IMG/VR virus record: IMGVR_UViG_3300030433_001199
Span: 1 to 41,051 of that record
Source of the DNA: a virus
Lineage: Duplodnaviria; Caudoviricetes
Direction: 5' to 3' (one strand)
DNA: 41,051 nt
Of this stretch, positions 19,354-28,739 are shown piece by piece (position 1 is the first letter of the stretch; every line of letters starts with the position of its first letter). The notes under the pieces were generated by a model. The model worked only from the letters and a program-made list of their open reading frames with translations. It was not told the DNA's origin and searched no databases. The translations under genes were made by a program, and so were the position numbers.

Positions 19354-21538
19354 TGTATCACTGCTTTTAATTGCCTCGTCAGTCAACGCAAACTATATAT
19401 ACGAAGCAAATCAAAGTCTTTTTGATTTAACAAATCAAACAGGAACAACCAATATGGCATCTGGTGACGATCAAGTATCAGGTGCTTTTAATTTAGATTT
19501 TACATTTACATTCTATGGTGAAGATTTTACATCTGCTCGAATGGCAACCAATGGTTGTCTACACTTTGGGTCGTCAGGAGGTTATTGTAATGACTACACA
19601 CCTGACCCACTACCTGAAATCACATACACCTTATATCCTTTCTGGACTGATCTAATACGAGATAGTGGCTCAAAAGTATTAGCCAAAAACTTCACCGATA
19701 AAACAGTTTTTGGTTGGTACGATCTTCGTGAATATCATCGTAATTCCGACAACTCGTTTGAAGTCATACTTTGGAAGTCTGACGATAGTTACGAGTTTCG
19801 TTATGGTGCATTGGACATCATTCAACACGATGTATTGATTGGTGAACAAGGAAAAGCTGACGAGTTATATACTTATTATTTTCACGATGAATGTAACACA
19901 GGTACAACCAATACAGCTTTGTGTTACAACTACGATTGGAATAACTCAGACAAAAACTTAAATTTAGAAAATGGTGGATCATTATATAAATCAAACATAG
20001 ACTGTAGTAATCCTCTTAATAATAGCTCTTGTGCAGGTTATGATGCAGCATACCTAACTCAACAGTGTAATATAAACTCTTTGTATGACACATCTTGTCC
20101 TTTATATTGGGAAGCTTACGATGATTTACAATGTGATCTTGATCCTCAATATGCACCTTTCTGTGCTGGCTACACACAAGAAGAATCAGTAGCTTACTAT
20201 GTTGAAGATGAAACAGACTATGGATATGTTGAGGAAGAATATGATTATGGGTACGAAGAAGAATACGATTACTCATACGAAGAAGAGCTTTACTACGAGA
20301 CTGATTCATATTATGAAGAAGAAATATATTTTAGTGAGCAGATAGAACAAGAAGTCTACGAAGAATATATAACCTTTTATGAAGAAGAATACGAAAACGA
20401 AGAAGTTTTTACAGCAATAGAAGAAGAAGAATATTATATTCCTTTTGAGTCTGTAGAAGAAGAGCTTCCTATTATATTAGAAGAAGAGTACATAGACTTT
20501 GTAGCTGACATCTTTGAACAAGATACTCCTGATCCTATATTCTTAGAAGAAGTTTTATTTGAAGAATTTGAAAGACGAGAAATAATCATAGAAGAAGAGT
20601 ACATAGATGAAGAGCCTGTAGAGTATTTAGAGTTTGAAACAATAGAAGAACTTGAGGAATGGTTTGAAGAAGAAATGGATGAAGAGCTTGAAGAAATAGA
20701 GGAAGAGATCGAAGAAATCGAAGAAGAAATTGAAGAAACTTTAGTAGCTGAAGAAGAAAAAGGTGGTATTACTTCACAAATGTTAAGTGTTGTAGCCAGT
20801 ACAGTTGAGGTAGCAACAAACAGTGTAAGCGGAACTACAGCAGGAACATCTATACATTCAACAGGAAATACGAAAGCTTCAGGCGGTAGTGTCGCAGTAA
20901 ATACAACAGCTACAGCAGTAACCAGTAGTGTTACAGGTGGACAGAGTATGTCAAACTCACCCAGTATATCTGCTCAAGTAGTTAGTTCAGTTGTACAGAC
21001 TCAACAGGTTTTAAATAGTTTTACTACCGACAGCAGTGTTGGAAGTACAACGGTTACTCAAAACACAGCAGTAGGAGATACCAACAGTGGTAGTAACGTA
21101 GCTGTAGGTTCAACCACTACAACAACCACTGAAACAACTACCAATACTAGTGTTGCGAGTAATACCAGTGGTGACAACAATACAGCAGTAGGCAATACAG
21201 GTGGTGATGAAAACGCAGCAGTAGGTGAAACAACTGGTCCTCAAAATACGGCAGTAGTATTTGAAAACAATATGCAACAACAACAAGAACAATTAGAACA
21301 GCAACAAGAAGAGACAGGAGAATATGCAGACTCTACACAACTTGTAGCTTATATGGGTACGCTTCCGGGATTTGATTTGTACCGACAGGTTGCTTTACCA
21401 CAGGCTGATATGTGGTATGCACCTAAAGATATTTATATGACGGCTGTAATACCTGATAACAATCAAGCATTTTTTGGAATGTATTCAGATAGTTTAAATG
21501 GATTACAAGCTTTACAAGATTTACAACCTAACTTATAA
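19325..21538 (+). CDS. Secreted protein: nidogen (NIDO)-like domain, Cys-rich repeats, Glu/Tyr-rich and Ser/Thr-rich tracts
   Basis: Signal peptide ending VNA; DD...FTFTFYG...TNG.L.F...PFWTDL motif; three C-x8/9-C-x2-Y repeats. Confidence 0.75.
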   Translation: MLKSLTKALSVSLLLIASSVNANYIYEANQSLFDLTNQTGTTNMASGDDQVSGAFNLDFTFTFYGEDFTSARMATNGCLHFGSSGGYCNDYTPDPLPEITYTLYPFWTDLIRDSGSKVLAKNFTDKTVFGWYDLREYHRNSDNSFEVILWKSDDSYEFRYGALDIIQHDVLIGEQGKADELYTYYFHDECNTGTTNTALCYNYDWNNSDKNLNLENGGSLYKSNIDCSNPLNNSSCAGYDAAYLTQQCNINSLYDTSCPLYWEAYDDLQCDLDPQYAPFCAGYTQEESVAYYVEDETDYGYVEEEYDYGYEEEYDYSYEEELYYETDSYYEEEIYFSEQIEQEVYEEYITFYEEEYENEEVFTAIEEEEYYIPFESVEEELPIILEEEYIDFVADIFEQDTPDPIFLEEVLFEEFERREIIIEEEYIDEEPVEYLEFETIEELEEWFEEEMDEELEEIEEEIEEIEEEIEETLVAEEEKGGITSQMLSVVASTVEVATNSVSGTTAGTSIHSTGNTKASGGSVAVNTTATAVTSSVTGGQSMSNSPSISAQVVSSVVQTQQVLNSFTTDSSVGSTTVTQNTAVGDTNSGSNVAVGSTTTTTTETTTNTSVASNTSGDNNTAVGNTGGDENAAVGETTGPQNTAVVFENNMQQQQEQLEQQQEETGEYADSTQLVAYMGTLPGFDLYRQVALPQADMWYAPKDIYMTAVIPDNNQAFFGMYSDSLNGLQALQDLQPNL

Positions 21539-21550
21539 CGGAGAAATAAA

Positions 21551-21919
21551 ATGGATTGGTTTCAATCAAGAGCAGCACAGCTAATAGGTTTGGTTTCTAT
21601 TGTAGGAACCCTAGCTGGATTTGGATACACAGGTGCTACCTATGTAAACAGGATCGAAAACCTAGAGAAAAAAATAGGAAGACTCGAAGGCACAGAAGAC
21701 GCTCAACAAGAAATTGAAGAACGCTTCAGTGCTATCGAAACTTCTGTAAGTTATATCAATAAGACAATTGATGATAGTATTGTACCTGAAGTAAAAGAAA
21801 ATTCTAATATGGTTAAAGTACTTGATCTAGATATCTCTACAGTAAATGTAGAAATAAATAACTTAGAGAACAGAGTCAAAAGAATAGAAGATCAAGACGA
21901 TAATCCGTTGGCAAATTAA
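21551..21919 (+). CDS. Membrane-anchored coiled-coil protein
   Basis: N-terminal TM helix, heptads, C-terminal NPLAN; GGAG RBS. Confidence 0.75.
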   Translation: MDWFQSRAAQLIGLVSIVGTLAGFGYTGATYVNRIENLEKKIGRLEGTEDAQQEIEERFSAIETSVSYINKTIDDSIVPEVKENSNMVKVLDLDISTVNVEINNLENRVKRIEDQDDNPLAN

Positions 21920-22134
21920 TCAACGTATTGTATAGCTGTGACTTCATCTTCAAGGTATTTATGTATGCCTTGAAGTTTTATCGTGCCTTCACGAATAATC
22001 TTCTTAATAACGTAGGCATCGTCTGAGTTTCTAAAAACTTTGTCAACATCTTTGATGGGCAGGCCACCAAGATCAGATACTAAGTTTCCTTTTACATCTA
22101 GTACAATTTTAAAAGTTAGTAAGGTCGCTTCCAT
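21916..22134 (-). CDS. Hypothetical protein (72 aa)
   Basis: ORF coupled to the RNR stop codon. Confidence 0.65.
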   Translation of the reverse strand: MEATLLTFKIVLDVKGNLVSDLGGLPIKDVDKVFRNSDDAYVIKKIIREGTIKLQGIHKYLEDEVTAIQYVD

Positions 22135-24053
22135 TATACTATCTCACAAGCGCCTGCTGTACAGGCTAGTTCTTTAGTGTTTTCAGTCATATCTTCCTTT
22201 TCATATTCAGTAATAAGATCCCAATTAATATCGTGTACAGTTTTATCCATCCACTCATCGTATTCTGCCTCTGTGATCTCTTGATAAGGTGCTTGTTGAT
22301 ACGAGTGATCTGCATAAGGAAGGAACGAAACTCCTGATATCTTATCAAAGTTATTCCATACCCAAGAGCCTACCTCAAACCATTCGTGTTCTTTTACTGA
22401 GATAGTTGCAGAAGGTTTATGCTCGCACCAATGATCTTGGTAAAGTTTCCAAATTTCCAAGTGTTCTTTAGCTGTCAAGTCTGTTCTAGTTAAGCAATTC
22501 TTAGGAGATCTCATAGGAAAATAAAAGACTAATGTATGATCAGGCTTTGTGATGTCATCTTCGTGATAGACTCCTTGATCAACCATCAACTGTGCAAGAG
22601 GATCTTTCTTGTCTGCTCGAACAGTACGAATATAATATTCGCTGTGTCTTGTATGAATACCACTGGCACTATCAACCAACTGACTGACTGTTCCACTAGG
22701 CTTCACACAAGTGATAGCAGCAGATTGTTTTATATTTAACTTATTAGCCCAATCTTTATTTGTTTTAACAGCTTCTTTCTTGATAGCTTCTAACCTTTTA
22801 GGAAGATTATTTCCTGATACCAAGCTTTCATTGTCCATTATGCCTGTAAGAGATACACCTAGTAGTGCTTCTTCTTCTGTGTTGTTCTTCCAAGCCTTTG
22901 TCAAGTATCTAAAGTTAGTTAATGTTGCTTGGAATGTACCCAAGATTGTAGCGATCTCTGCTTTTCTTTGTAGGTCTACCCAACTATCATTAGGTCTAAC
23001 AACAACCTCTGTTAAATTACAGAACTGTTTATTTCTTAGTATAATTTCACTACAAGGATTGCATCCAAAGTCTTTATACTCTGCTCGTCTTCCGTTCTTT
23101 GCAGCTTGATTCTCTGCTGCTTGACGATTAAAGATACCACGCTCACCACTCTTAGATTCGTATAGAGATAACCACTCTTTCATAAATGCACCCATCTCTG
23201 CTGAGTCTGTATAAGCTACTGAGTTGTTTGACAATGCCCGGTGTTGGCTGTGTTCCCACCAAGAACCTGACTTAGCATTTCTCATTCTTTCATCTGAGAG
23301 GTTGCTGAGTGAGATCAAAGCGCTACGTCTAACACCACCCACTACAACAACTTCTGCAATCTTACACATCAAATCGTGACAATCAATTGATACCAGTTTC
23401 TTTTGTCCTTTAGAGATGGCATCATTAAAGATATTGACTGTGAAATGCATTAAATCATCCAAAGGTGCTGGACCACTGGCACGACCACCAAAGGTTTTAA
23501 GTCTAGCGCCTTGAGGTCGAACACCACTGAGATCCCATTCAGGTATTTGTCCTGCATAAAGCAAAGACATTAGTTCTTTATAAGCTTTTGACCATCCAAT
23601 TTTAGAATCAGCTACCTTTATAACTGTATCAGTCTTGTGTAGTTCTTCAGGAAGATCAGGAAGTTTATTTATGTATTGTCTTTCAACGCTGAATCCTACA
23701 CCTGTACCACACATAAGAATGTAAAGTGTCTCATCGAATGCACGAACATTATCAACAGCAACATAGCTACAGTTAAAACCTGCAACATTATCACGCTCTA
23801 GTGCTTTACCTGCTGACATCAATGCTCTCATACTAGGCATCACTTCTAATCTAAGCACAGCTTCCTCAAGCCTTGGCCTGTCTTTACTGATGTCAGTATT
23901 ATGGTTGTCCATTAAATGACTCTGCATAAAGTCAAAGTATCTTTTGACTGTCTCCTGCCAAGTTTCTCTTCTTCCTGTTTCTTCGTTCCATCTTGCATAT
24001 CTACTAAGATGTATGAACTCTTGGTATGTTGTTGGTAAATTAACCTGTTTCAT
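22134..24053 (-). CDS. nrdJ: Class II (adenosylcobalamin-dependent, monomeric RTPR-type) ribonucleotide reductase
   Basis: FNC, VVVGGVRRSA, NPCSEI, TCVKPSGT and C-terminal CTAGAC motifs; no beta subunit in the window. Confidence 0.9.
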   Translation of the reverse strand: MKQVNLPTTYQEFIHLSRYARWNEETGRRETWQETVKRYFDFMQSHLMDNHNTDISKDRPRLEEAVLRLEVMPSMRALMSAGKALERDNVAGFNCSYVAVDNVRAFDETLYILMCGTGVGFSVERQYINKLPDLPEELHKTDTVIKVADSKIGWSKAYKELMSLLYAGQIPEWDLSGVRPQGARLKTFGGRASGPAPLDDLMHFTVNIFNDAISKGQKKLVSIDCHDLMCKIAEVVVVGGVRRSALISLSNLSDERMRNAKSGSWWEHSQHRALSNNSVAYTDSAEMGAFMKEWLSLYESKSGERGIFNRQAAENQAAKNGRRAEYKDFGCNPCSEIILRNKQFCNLTEVVVRPNDSWVDLQRKAEIATILGTFQATLTNFRYLTKAWKNNTEEEALLGVSLTGIMDNESLVSGNNLPKRLEAIKKEAVKTNKDWANKLNIKQSAAITCVKPSGTVSQLVDSASGIHTRHSEYYIRTVRADKKDPLAQLMVDQGVYHEDDITKPDHTLVFYFPMRSPKNCLTRTDLTAKEHLEIWKLYQDHWCEHKPSATISVKEHEWFEVGSWVWNNFDKISGVSFLPYADHSYQQAPYQEITEAEYDEWMDKTVHDINWDLITEYEKEDMTENTKELACTAGACEIV

Positions 24054-24348
24054 TTGTACTACGCTCCTTTAGTATTTGTTTTAGTTTATTTTCGTACCAA
24101 TCAGCTTTATCTAAATCTTGTATTCCATTCTTGTATCTAAATCTCCATCGATACTTGAGTGAGTTACCTCTTAGATAGCCAATAAATTCTTCGTGTGTTA
24201 GCATTGCTTCAATGGCTTCAATGCATTCTATTTTTCCGTTGTTGTAATGGGCTGGGTGATTAACTAAATCATCATCCATTTCTTTATGTGCATACTTCAT
24301 TAGATCATCTAATGGTATACCATTTAGTTTTATATCTACGTCTTTCAT
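24040..24348 (-). CDS. DUF3310 protein (T7 gp1.7-like nucleotide kinase family)
   Basis: VNHPAHY...IECIEAI...GNSLKYRWR...K.G.QDL.KA.WY. Confidence 0.85.
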   Translation of the reverse strand: MKDVDIKLNGIPLDDLMKYAHKEMDDDLVNHPAHYNNGKIECIEAIEAMLTHEEFIGYLRGNSLKYRWRFRYKNGIQDLDKADWYENKLKQILKERSTNETG

Positions 24349-24737
24349 TTTGCTTCCTTATATTTCTTTTTAACTCTGTCACTAATAGGTACTGGGTTTC
24401 CATATTCATCTATACGAACAAACTTCATATCCGTGTTGACTACGATCTCTTGTGAGTCTGTTCTTACATTGTGTCTTCTTGCTTCGATGTTAAGTGTAAT
24501 ACTGGATCTACCAACTTTTCTTACTTTTCCCCATATCTCTATAAGCTGTCCTGCCTTTACTGGTCTTCTGAACTCCATCTTCTCAACCAATACTGTAACA
24601 ACTCGTGGTGAATTACAAATCCTAGAAGCCATTGATGCACCTGCTTCATCCAACCAAGACATCATATGACCACCGAATAAATTATCGTGATAACCTAAGT
24701 CTCCTTCTTTACACATCTTTGTACTAATCAGTTTCAT
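24345..24737 (-). CDS. Hotdog-fold acyl-CoA thioesterase (YciA-like); likely start at MKLIST
   Basis: D...NLFGG.MMSWLDEAG...VVT...MEF.RPV..G...VGRSSI...FV.ID..G.P pattern. Confidence 0.85.
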   Translation of the reverse strand: MKLISTKMCKEGDLGYHDNLFGGHMMSWLDEAGASMASRICNSPRVVTVLVEKMEFRRPVKAGQLIEIWGKVRKVGRSSITLNIEARRHNVRTDSQEIVVNTDMKFVRIDEYGNPVPISDRVKKKYKEAK

Positions 24738-25161
24738 CTTTCCACTCTTTAGGTAAACTTTCTCTACTGAACCATCTAAATCCATTCTTTGATGCCCATT
24801 CAGCGTGGCTTCTTTTGGTTCCGTCTTTTCTTCTTTTTGCTCCGGGCATAGGTGCTGATGGATTAGAAAATAGAAACACTAATTCACATTCTTCAGGTAA
24901 TACTTCTTTAATCCATTTGTATTTATTGTACTCAGCATAATCCCAAAACCTTCCTTTAGCTTCTAAGTATATCACTTTATTTTCTAAGATACGAATAAAA
25001 TCAGGATGGTATTTGTGCGGTATAGAATATTCTACGATACCTTTATGATGTTCCCAATGTTGTAGCTCTTCTTGGTGTAGATCATATTCCCATTTAGAAT
25101 CGTATCCTTTAGGCAATCCTTTTTCTATTGGTCTTTTCTTTCTTGGTTTTCTTTTTGGCAT
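24724..25161 (-). CDS. T7 endonuclease I-like Holliday junction resolvase
   Basis: YDSKWE...YHPDF...YLEAKGRF...WA.KNGF. Confidence 0.85.
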   Translation of the reverse strand: MPKRKPRKKRPIEKGLPKGYDSKWEYDLHQEELQHWEHHKGIVEYSIPHKYHPDFIRILENKVIYLEAKGRFWDYAEYNKYKWIKEVLPEECELVFLFSNPSAPMPGAKRRKDGTKRSHAEWASKNGFRWFSRESLPKEWKDETD

Positions 25162-25382
25162 TAATGTACTGTCTCATCTGTTGGCATATCCATACCAAGT
25201 TCTCTTAAGTTTATTTCGTTCTGTAATAAATCAATTAACTTTGTTAATAGTATCGTGTCTATTTCCTGAAGTTCTGCTCCAGAAAAAAGAACACCACCTA
25301 TTGCAATAATTAATTCATCCAAAGGAATAGCATTAACATCTATTTCTAAAGTGTCTTTTGGATTGTCGTTTGTCATATTCAT
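25161..25382 (-). CDS. Hypothetical protein (73 aa)
   Basis: Overlap-coupled ORF in the replication operon. Confidence 0.6.
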   Translation of the reverse strand: MNMTNDNPKDTLEIDVNAIPLDELIIAIGGVLFSGAELQEIDTILLTKLIDLLQNEINLRELGMDMPTDETVH

Positions 25383-25684
25383 AAATCGTATATATTATTT
25401 TGTATCATATCAAAAACTTTTTGTTCTTGTTCTAAATCTTTTTGTAGTTGTTCAAAAGTTAAATCAGGGTTGCGCTTAACTCTTTTATAAATCCATTTAA
25501 GCGAATAGGCACTGAGTAGAAACTTTCTGTTTGCATATATGTGTGTCTGATCAGAAAGGTATGACTCAATGTTATCAATCGTGATTTCTTTTTTGTCTTC
25601 TTCGTTGGGTAATAAAGAATGCAGCCAAGCAACAAGCAAGCCTTTACCTTTTTTACGTAGTCTCTTAGCCTTTTTTCCATTCAT
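25379..25684 (-). CDS. Hypothetical protein (101 aa, basic N-terminus)
   Basis: Overlap-coupled ORF. Confidence 0.65.
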   Translation of the reverse strand: MNGKKAKRLRKKGKGLLVAWLHSLLPNEEDKKEITIDNIESYLSDQTHIYANRKFLLSAYSLKWIYKRVKRNPDLTFEQLQKDLEQEQKVFDMIQNNIYDL

Positions 25685-26543
25685 CTGTTACCTCTCTTAC
25701 TCGTGGAAGTTTTACAACGTTTGTAAAGTATTCTGTTTTGTTTGCATATTGAAACACTCTTAAACCTTTACCATCGTTTGAATCTTGATGACAAACAAAC
25801 TTATGCTTACAGTAAACACAAGGTCTAGGCAGTTTCATATTGCCTGCTTTACCATCAGGTATAGGATTGTGACATCTTTCAGGTGGAGTATCTTTCTTTA
25901 TCTCAGCTTTAAGTGTTTTAATTCTTTGTTTGATATTAGGCTTGTCTAAATCCTGTGGTCTAAACAAAGCAAGCTCACCATTCTCTTTGTTAAGTGTAAG
26001 GAATCCACCGTGCTGTGTGCCTTCTGCTTCTTCGTAACCTGCTATCTGAGCCATATAACCAAAAGGATCATCGTCAGGTAGTGTACCATCTTTAAACTTT
26101 TTAAATGCAAAGCCTGATGCAGTCTTGATATCTACAACTTCACCATCAATTTTACAATCCATATGACCTTTTATCCCGGACACAGTAACTTCTTTTTGTT
26201 CGTCAGTTACTTCGTGGCCTGCTAAACGAGCCAAGAATAAAACAACTTCTTCTAAGATGTGACCATACAAAAACTTAATCTGTACAGGAGGCGCAAACTT
26301 TACAGCTTGATTCTCAGATTTCATATCATACCAAAGCTGACGATTGGGTTTACCAACATTCGACATTCTTAAAGTAGGTTTATCGATAGGATGTTCTGAT
26401 GACCAATGCAGTAAAGCTTTCTTCATTGCTTCACCAAATGCATCGGCAGTTTCTTCTGAAACATTTAATGACTTACCTTCTGTAAGGGTATCAAGTTTGT
26501 CGTATATATCTTGTACTAATGTGTCTAATGTTTTCTTTTTCAT
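25665..26543 (-). CDS. PD-(D/E)xK exonuclease (Cas4/RecB-like)
   Basis: GHMDCKIDGEVVDIKTAS, YMAQIAGY and C-terminal CVYC...C motifs. Confidence 0.85.
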   Translation of the reverse strand: MKKKTLDTLVQDIYDKLDTLTEGKSLNVSEETADAFGEAMKKALLHWSSEHPIDKPTLRMSNVGKPNRQLWYDMKSENQAVKFAPPVQIKFLYGHILEEVVLFLARLAGHEVTDEQKEVTVSGIKGHMDCKIDGEVVDIKTASGFAFKKFKDGTLPDDDPFGYMAQIAGYEEAEGTQHGGFLTLNKENGELALFRPQDLDKPNIKQRIKTLKAEIKKDTPPERCHNPIPDGKAGNMKLPRPCVYCKHKFVCHQDSNDGKGLRVFQYANKTEYFTNVVKLPRVREVTDEWKKG

Positions 26544-26992
26544 TTGTTATTTTCCTCTAAATATTTAAGAGCGTTTTTAAGAATTTCTGTGTTGTCTTCA
26601 AATCTTCCTAAAGCGTTATTACAGTTGTTACAAATCCAACCTCTAAATTCATTGGTATCGTGATTATGATCTAACACCCAAACTGTCATACCATTGAATT
26701 GATTATACTCTGTTAGTTGTTCTTCTGTTTTTTTACAACAAGGACATTTATAATAAGGGTCCGTTGGTTTTGGATTAAATACTTTTAACTCTTTTATAAT
26801 TTTATTTTTTTCATTCTGACAACTTTTACATTCTTTTCTAAGACTCTTCCCAAATTTTTCTCTTTTTCCAAAATGTTTTATTTTTTTAGTTTCTTTACAA
26901 GTTGAACAAGTTTTATGATTTTTATCTACTATCTTTTCTTTGACATAATCAAAGAATAAATCCAATTGCTCAATGTGTTTCACTCCAATCAA
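26540..26992 (-). CDS. Endonuclease VII-like HNH nuclease with N-terminal Zn finger
   Basis: CSTC/CKSC pairs; CPCC...LDHNH...RGWICNNCNNALG. Confidence 0.85.
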   Translation of the reverse strand: MIGVKHIEQLDLFFDYVKEKIVDKNHKTCSTCKETKKIKHFGKREKFGKSLRKECKSCQNEKNKIIKELKVFNPKPTDPYYKCPCCKKTEEQLTEYNQFNGMTVWVLDHNHDTNEFRGWICNNCNNALGRFEDNTEILKNALKYLEENNK

Positions 26993-28739
26993 CTCCTATC
27001 TTGTATTCACCATCCAAAGGACAGTGCATATTAAAATAAAAACCAGCATCTTTGATTGCTTGAACTGCGAGCATTCCAAAATCTTCTGCGTGTTCATTTC
27101 TTACTTCGACTTGCCATTCATCGTGTATGTTAGCAACAAACTTATAATCTAATCCTTCTTCTTTGGCATTCATATCCAATAGTACCAGTGCTTTTTTCAT
27201 CACGATGGCTCCACCACCTTGAAGCAAACTGTTCAGAGAAGAGTGGGCATTTCGTATATGTATCTTCCTGCCATCTAATCCTTTGAGGAATTTATTCTTT
27301 GTTGCTGCTTTCGTAACTCGTTCTCTAAGTCGTTTAAATGAAGGTTGATTAGCAAAGAAACGTTCCTTAAGTCTAGCTCCATCCATTTTGCTTCCTCCAA
27401 CCACTTGTCCAATTTTTGCATCTCCTGCTCCGTACAAGAGTGCATAGATGAAAGTTTTTGCCTGATCTCTTGATTGAAGTCCTGCAATTCTTTGATTCCT
27501 CGTGTGGATATCTCCGTTAATAATTTCATTTGTAAACTCCTTGTCATTCATATAGTGTGCAAGCATCCTTAGTTCTAAACTAGAAGCATCGATGCCTACT
27601 AATCTGTATCCTTTAGGAACAGTCCAACATTCTCTACACTCTTTTCCATAAGGACTTTTAAGTGAGGGTACTTGCGCCATATTCGGTGATCTATGGCTCA
27701 TTCTACCTGTGATTGTACCATTAGGTATAACAAATCCGTGTACTCTACCATCGTCTTCAACAGATTCAATCCAAGATTCAATTTGTGCAATACGTTTCTG
27801 TAGAAGTAAATACTCTGCAATAAGTCTTGCTTCAGGTATATCTTTAATCCTTGATAGTGTTCTCTCGTCTACCACAGGTTGTCCTGTTGGTGTAAACTTA
27901 TAAGGTTCCCAACCAAAGTCTATAAGATACTCACCTATTTGTTTGCGAGATCCTAAGTTAAAAGGTTCTTCGTGTGTACGAATAAGGCTTTCAGATCCTT
28001 GTTCAAAAGCTTGCTTTTCTTCTAAAGAAAGGTGTACTCTCTTTCTTGTTTCTAAATTTAATCCAAGCTTGGATAGGCTACCATTCTTAGTTGACTGAGG
28101 TATGATTTCTTCCCGGACTATTTTAGGTTTAAATGTTTGATGTACTTCATTCTCAACCTCAAACATTCTTTTATATAAACTAGCGAGCAGTAGCTCTGCT
28201 TTTTGTTTATTAACCATAAAGCCATTCACTTCTTGATCTTTGATAATCTTAGCCACAGCGTGTTCAAGATCAATACATTCTTGAGAGAAACCTTTGGCCT
28301 CTGATCTTAAAGCATCAAGAGTCAATGTATTAACTTGTACATCTCTTGTACAATATGTCAGCATCTCAGGTGAGTACTCTTTAAAATCTTCAAAGTCAAT
28401 TTTAGGTAGATTGATTGAAGGATGATAACCCCACATATTTAAACTATGTCCACCTTCACGAATGGGATTAAACAAACGAGAAAGAACCAAAGTATCTACA
28501 ACTTTTTTATCCTTTAGATCTACTCCTGTAAGTTGTTTTATAACAGGAATATCAAAACCTACTATGTTATGTCCAATAAGAACATCAGCAGATTTCAGTA
28601 ACTCAAGACCCGACTCCAGTTCGTGAGGAGCAAACTTATATATTTTACCAGAGTCAGCATCTTGAGCCACGATACACCACAACTTAGTGGCTTTCAAATC
28701 GTCTGTTTCTATGTCAAATACGAGCCTAGGCATATGCAT
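26970..28739 (-). CDS. polA: Family A DNA polymerase (T7-like, with 3'-5' exonuclease)
   Basis: FDIET, GHNIVGFD, TGRMSH..PNMAQ, DASSLELR, AKTFIYALLYGAG, IHDE. Confidence 0.95.
   Translation of the reverse strand: MHMPRLVFDIETDDLKATKLWCIVAQDADSGKIYKFAPHELESGLELLKSADVLIGHNIVGFDIPVIKQLTGVDLKDKKVVDTLVLSRLFNPIREGGHSLNMWGYHPSINLPKIDFEDFKEYSPEMLTYCTRDVQVNTLTLDALRSEAKGFSQECIDLEHAVAKIIKDQEVNGFMVNKQKAELLLASLYKRMFEVENEVHQTFKPKIVREEIIPQSTKNGSLSKLGLNLETRKRVHLSLEEKQAFEQGSESLIRTHEEPFNLGSRKQIGEYLIDFGWEPYKFTPTGQPVVDERTLSRIKDIPEARLIAEYLLLQKRIAQIESWIESVEDDGRVHGFVIPNGTITGRMSHRSPNMAQVPSLKSPYGKECRECWTVPKGYRLVGIDASSLELRMLAHYMNDKEFTNEIINGDIHTRNQRIAGLQSRDQAKTFIYALLYGAGDAKIGQVVGGSKMDGARLKERFFANQPSFKRLRERVTKAATKNKFLKGLDGRKIHIRNAHSSLNSLLQGGGAIVMKKALVLLDMNAKEEGLDYKFVANIHDEWQVEVRNEHAEDFGMLAVQAIKDAGFYFNMHCPLDGEYKIGVDWSETH

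Noticed and set aside
25665-26543. Cas4-like nuclease as evidence of CRISPR-Cas
   Set aside because: Stand-alone PD-(D/E)xK exonuclease in a standard phage replication operon.
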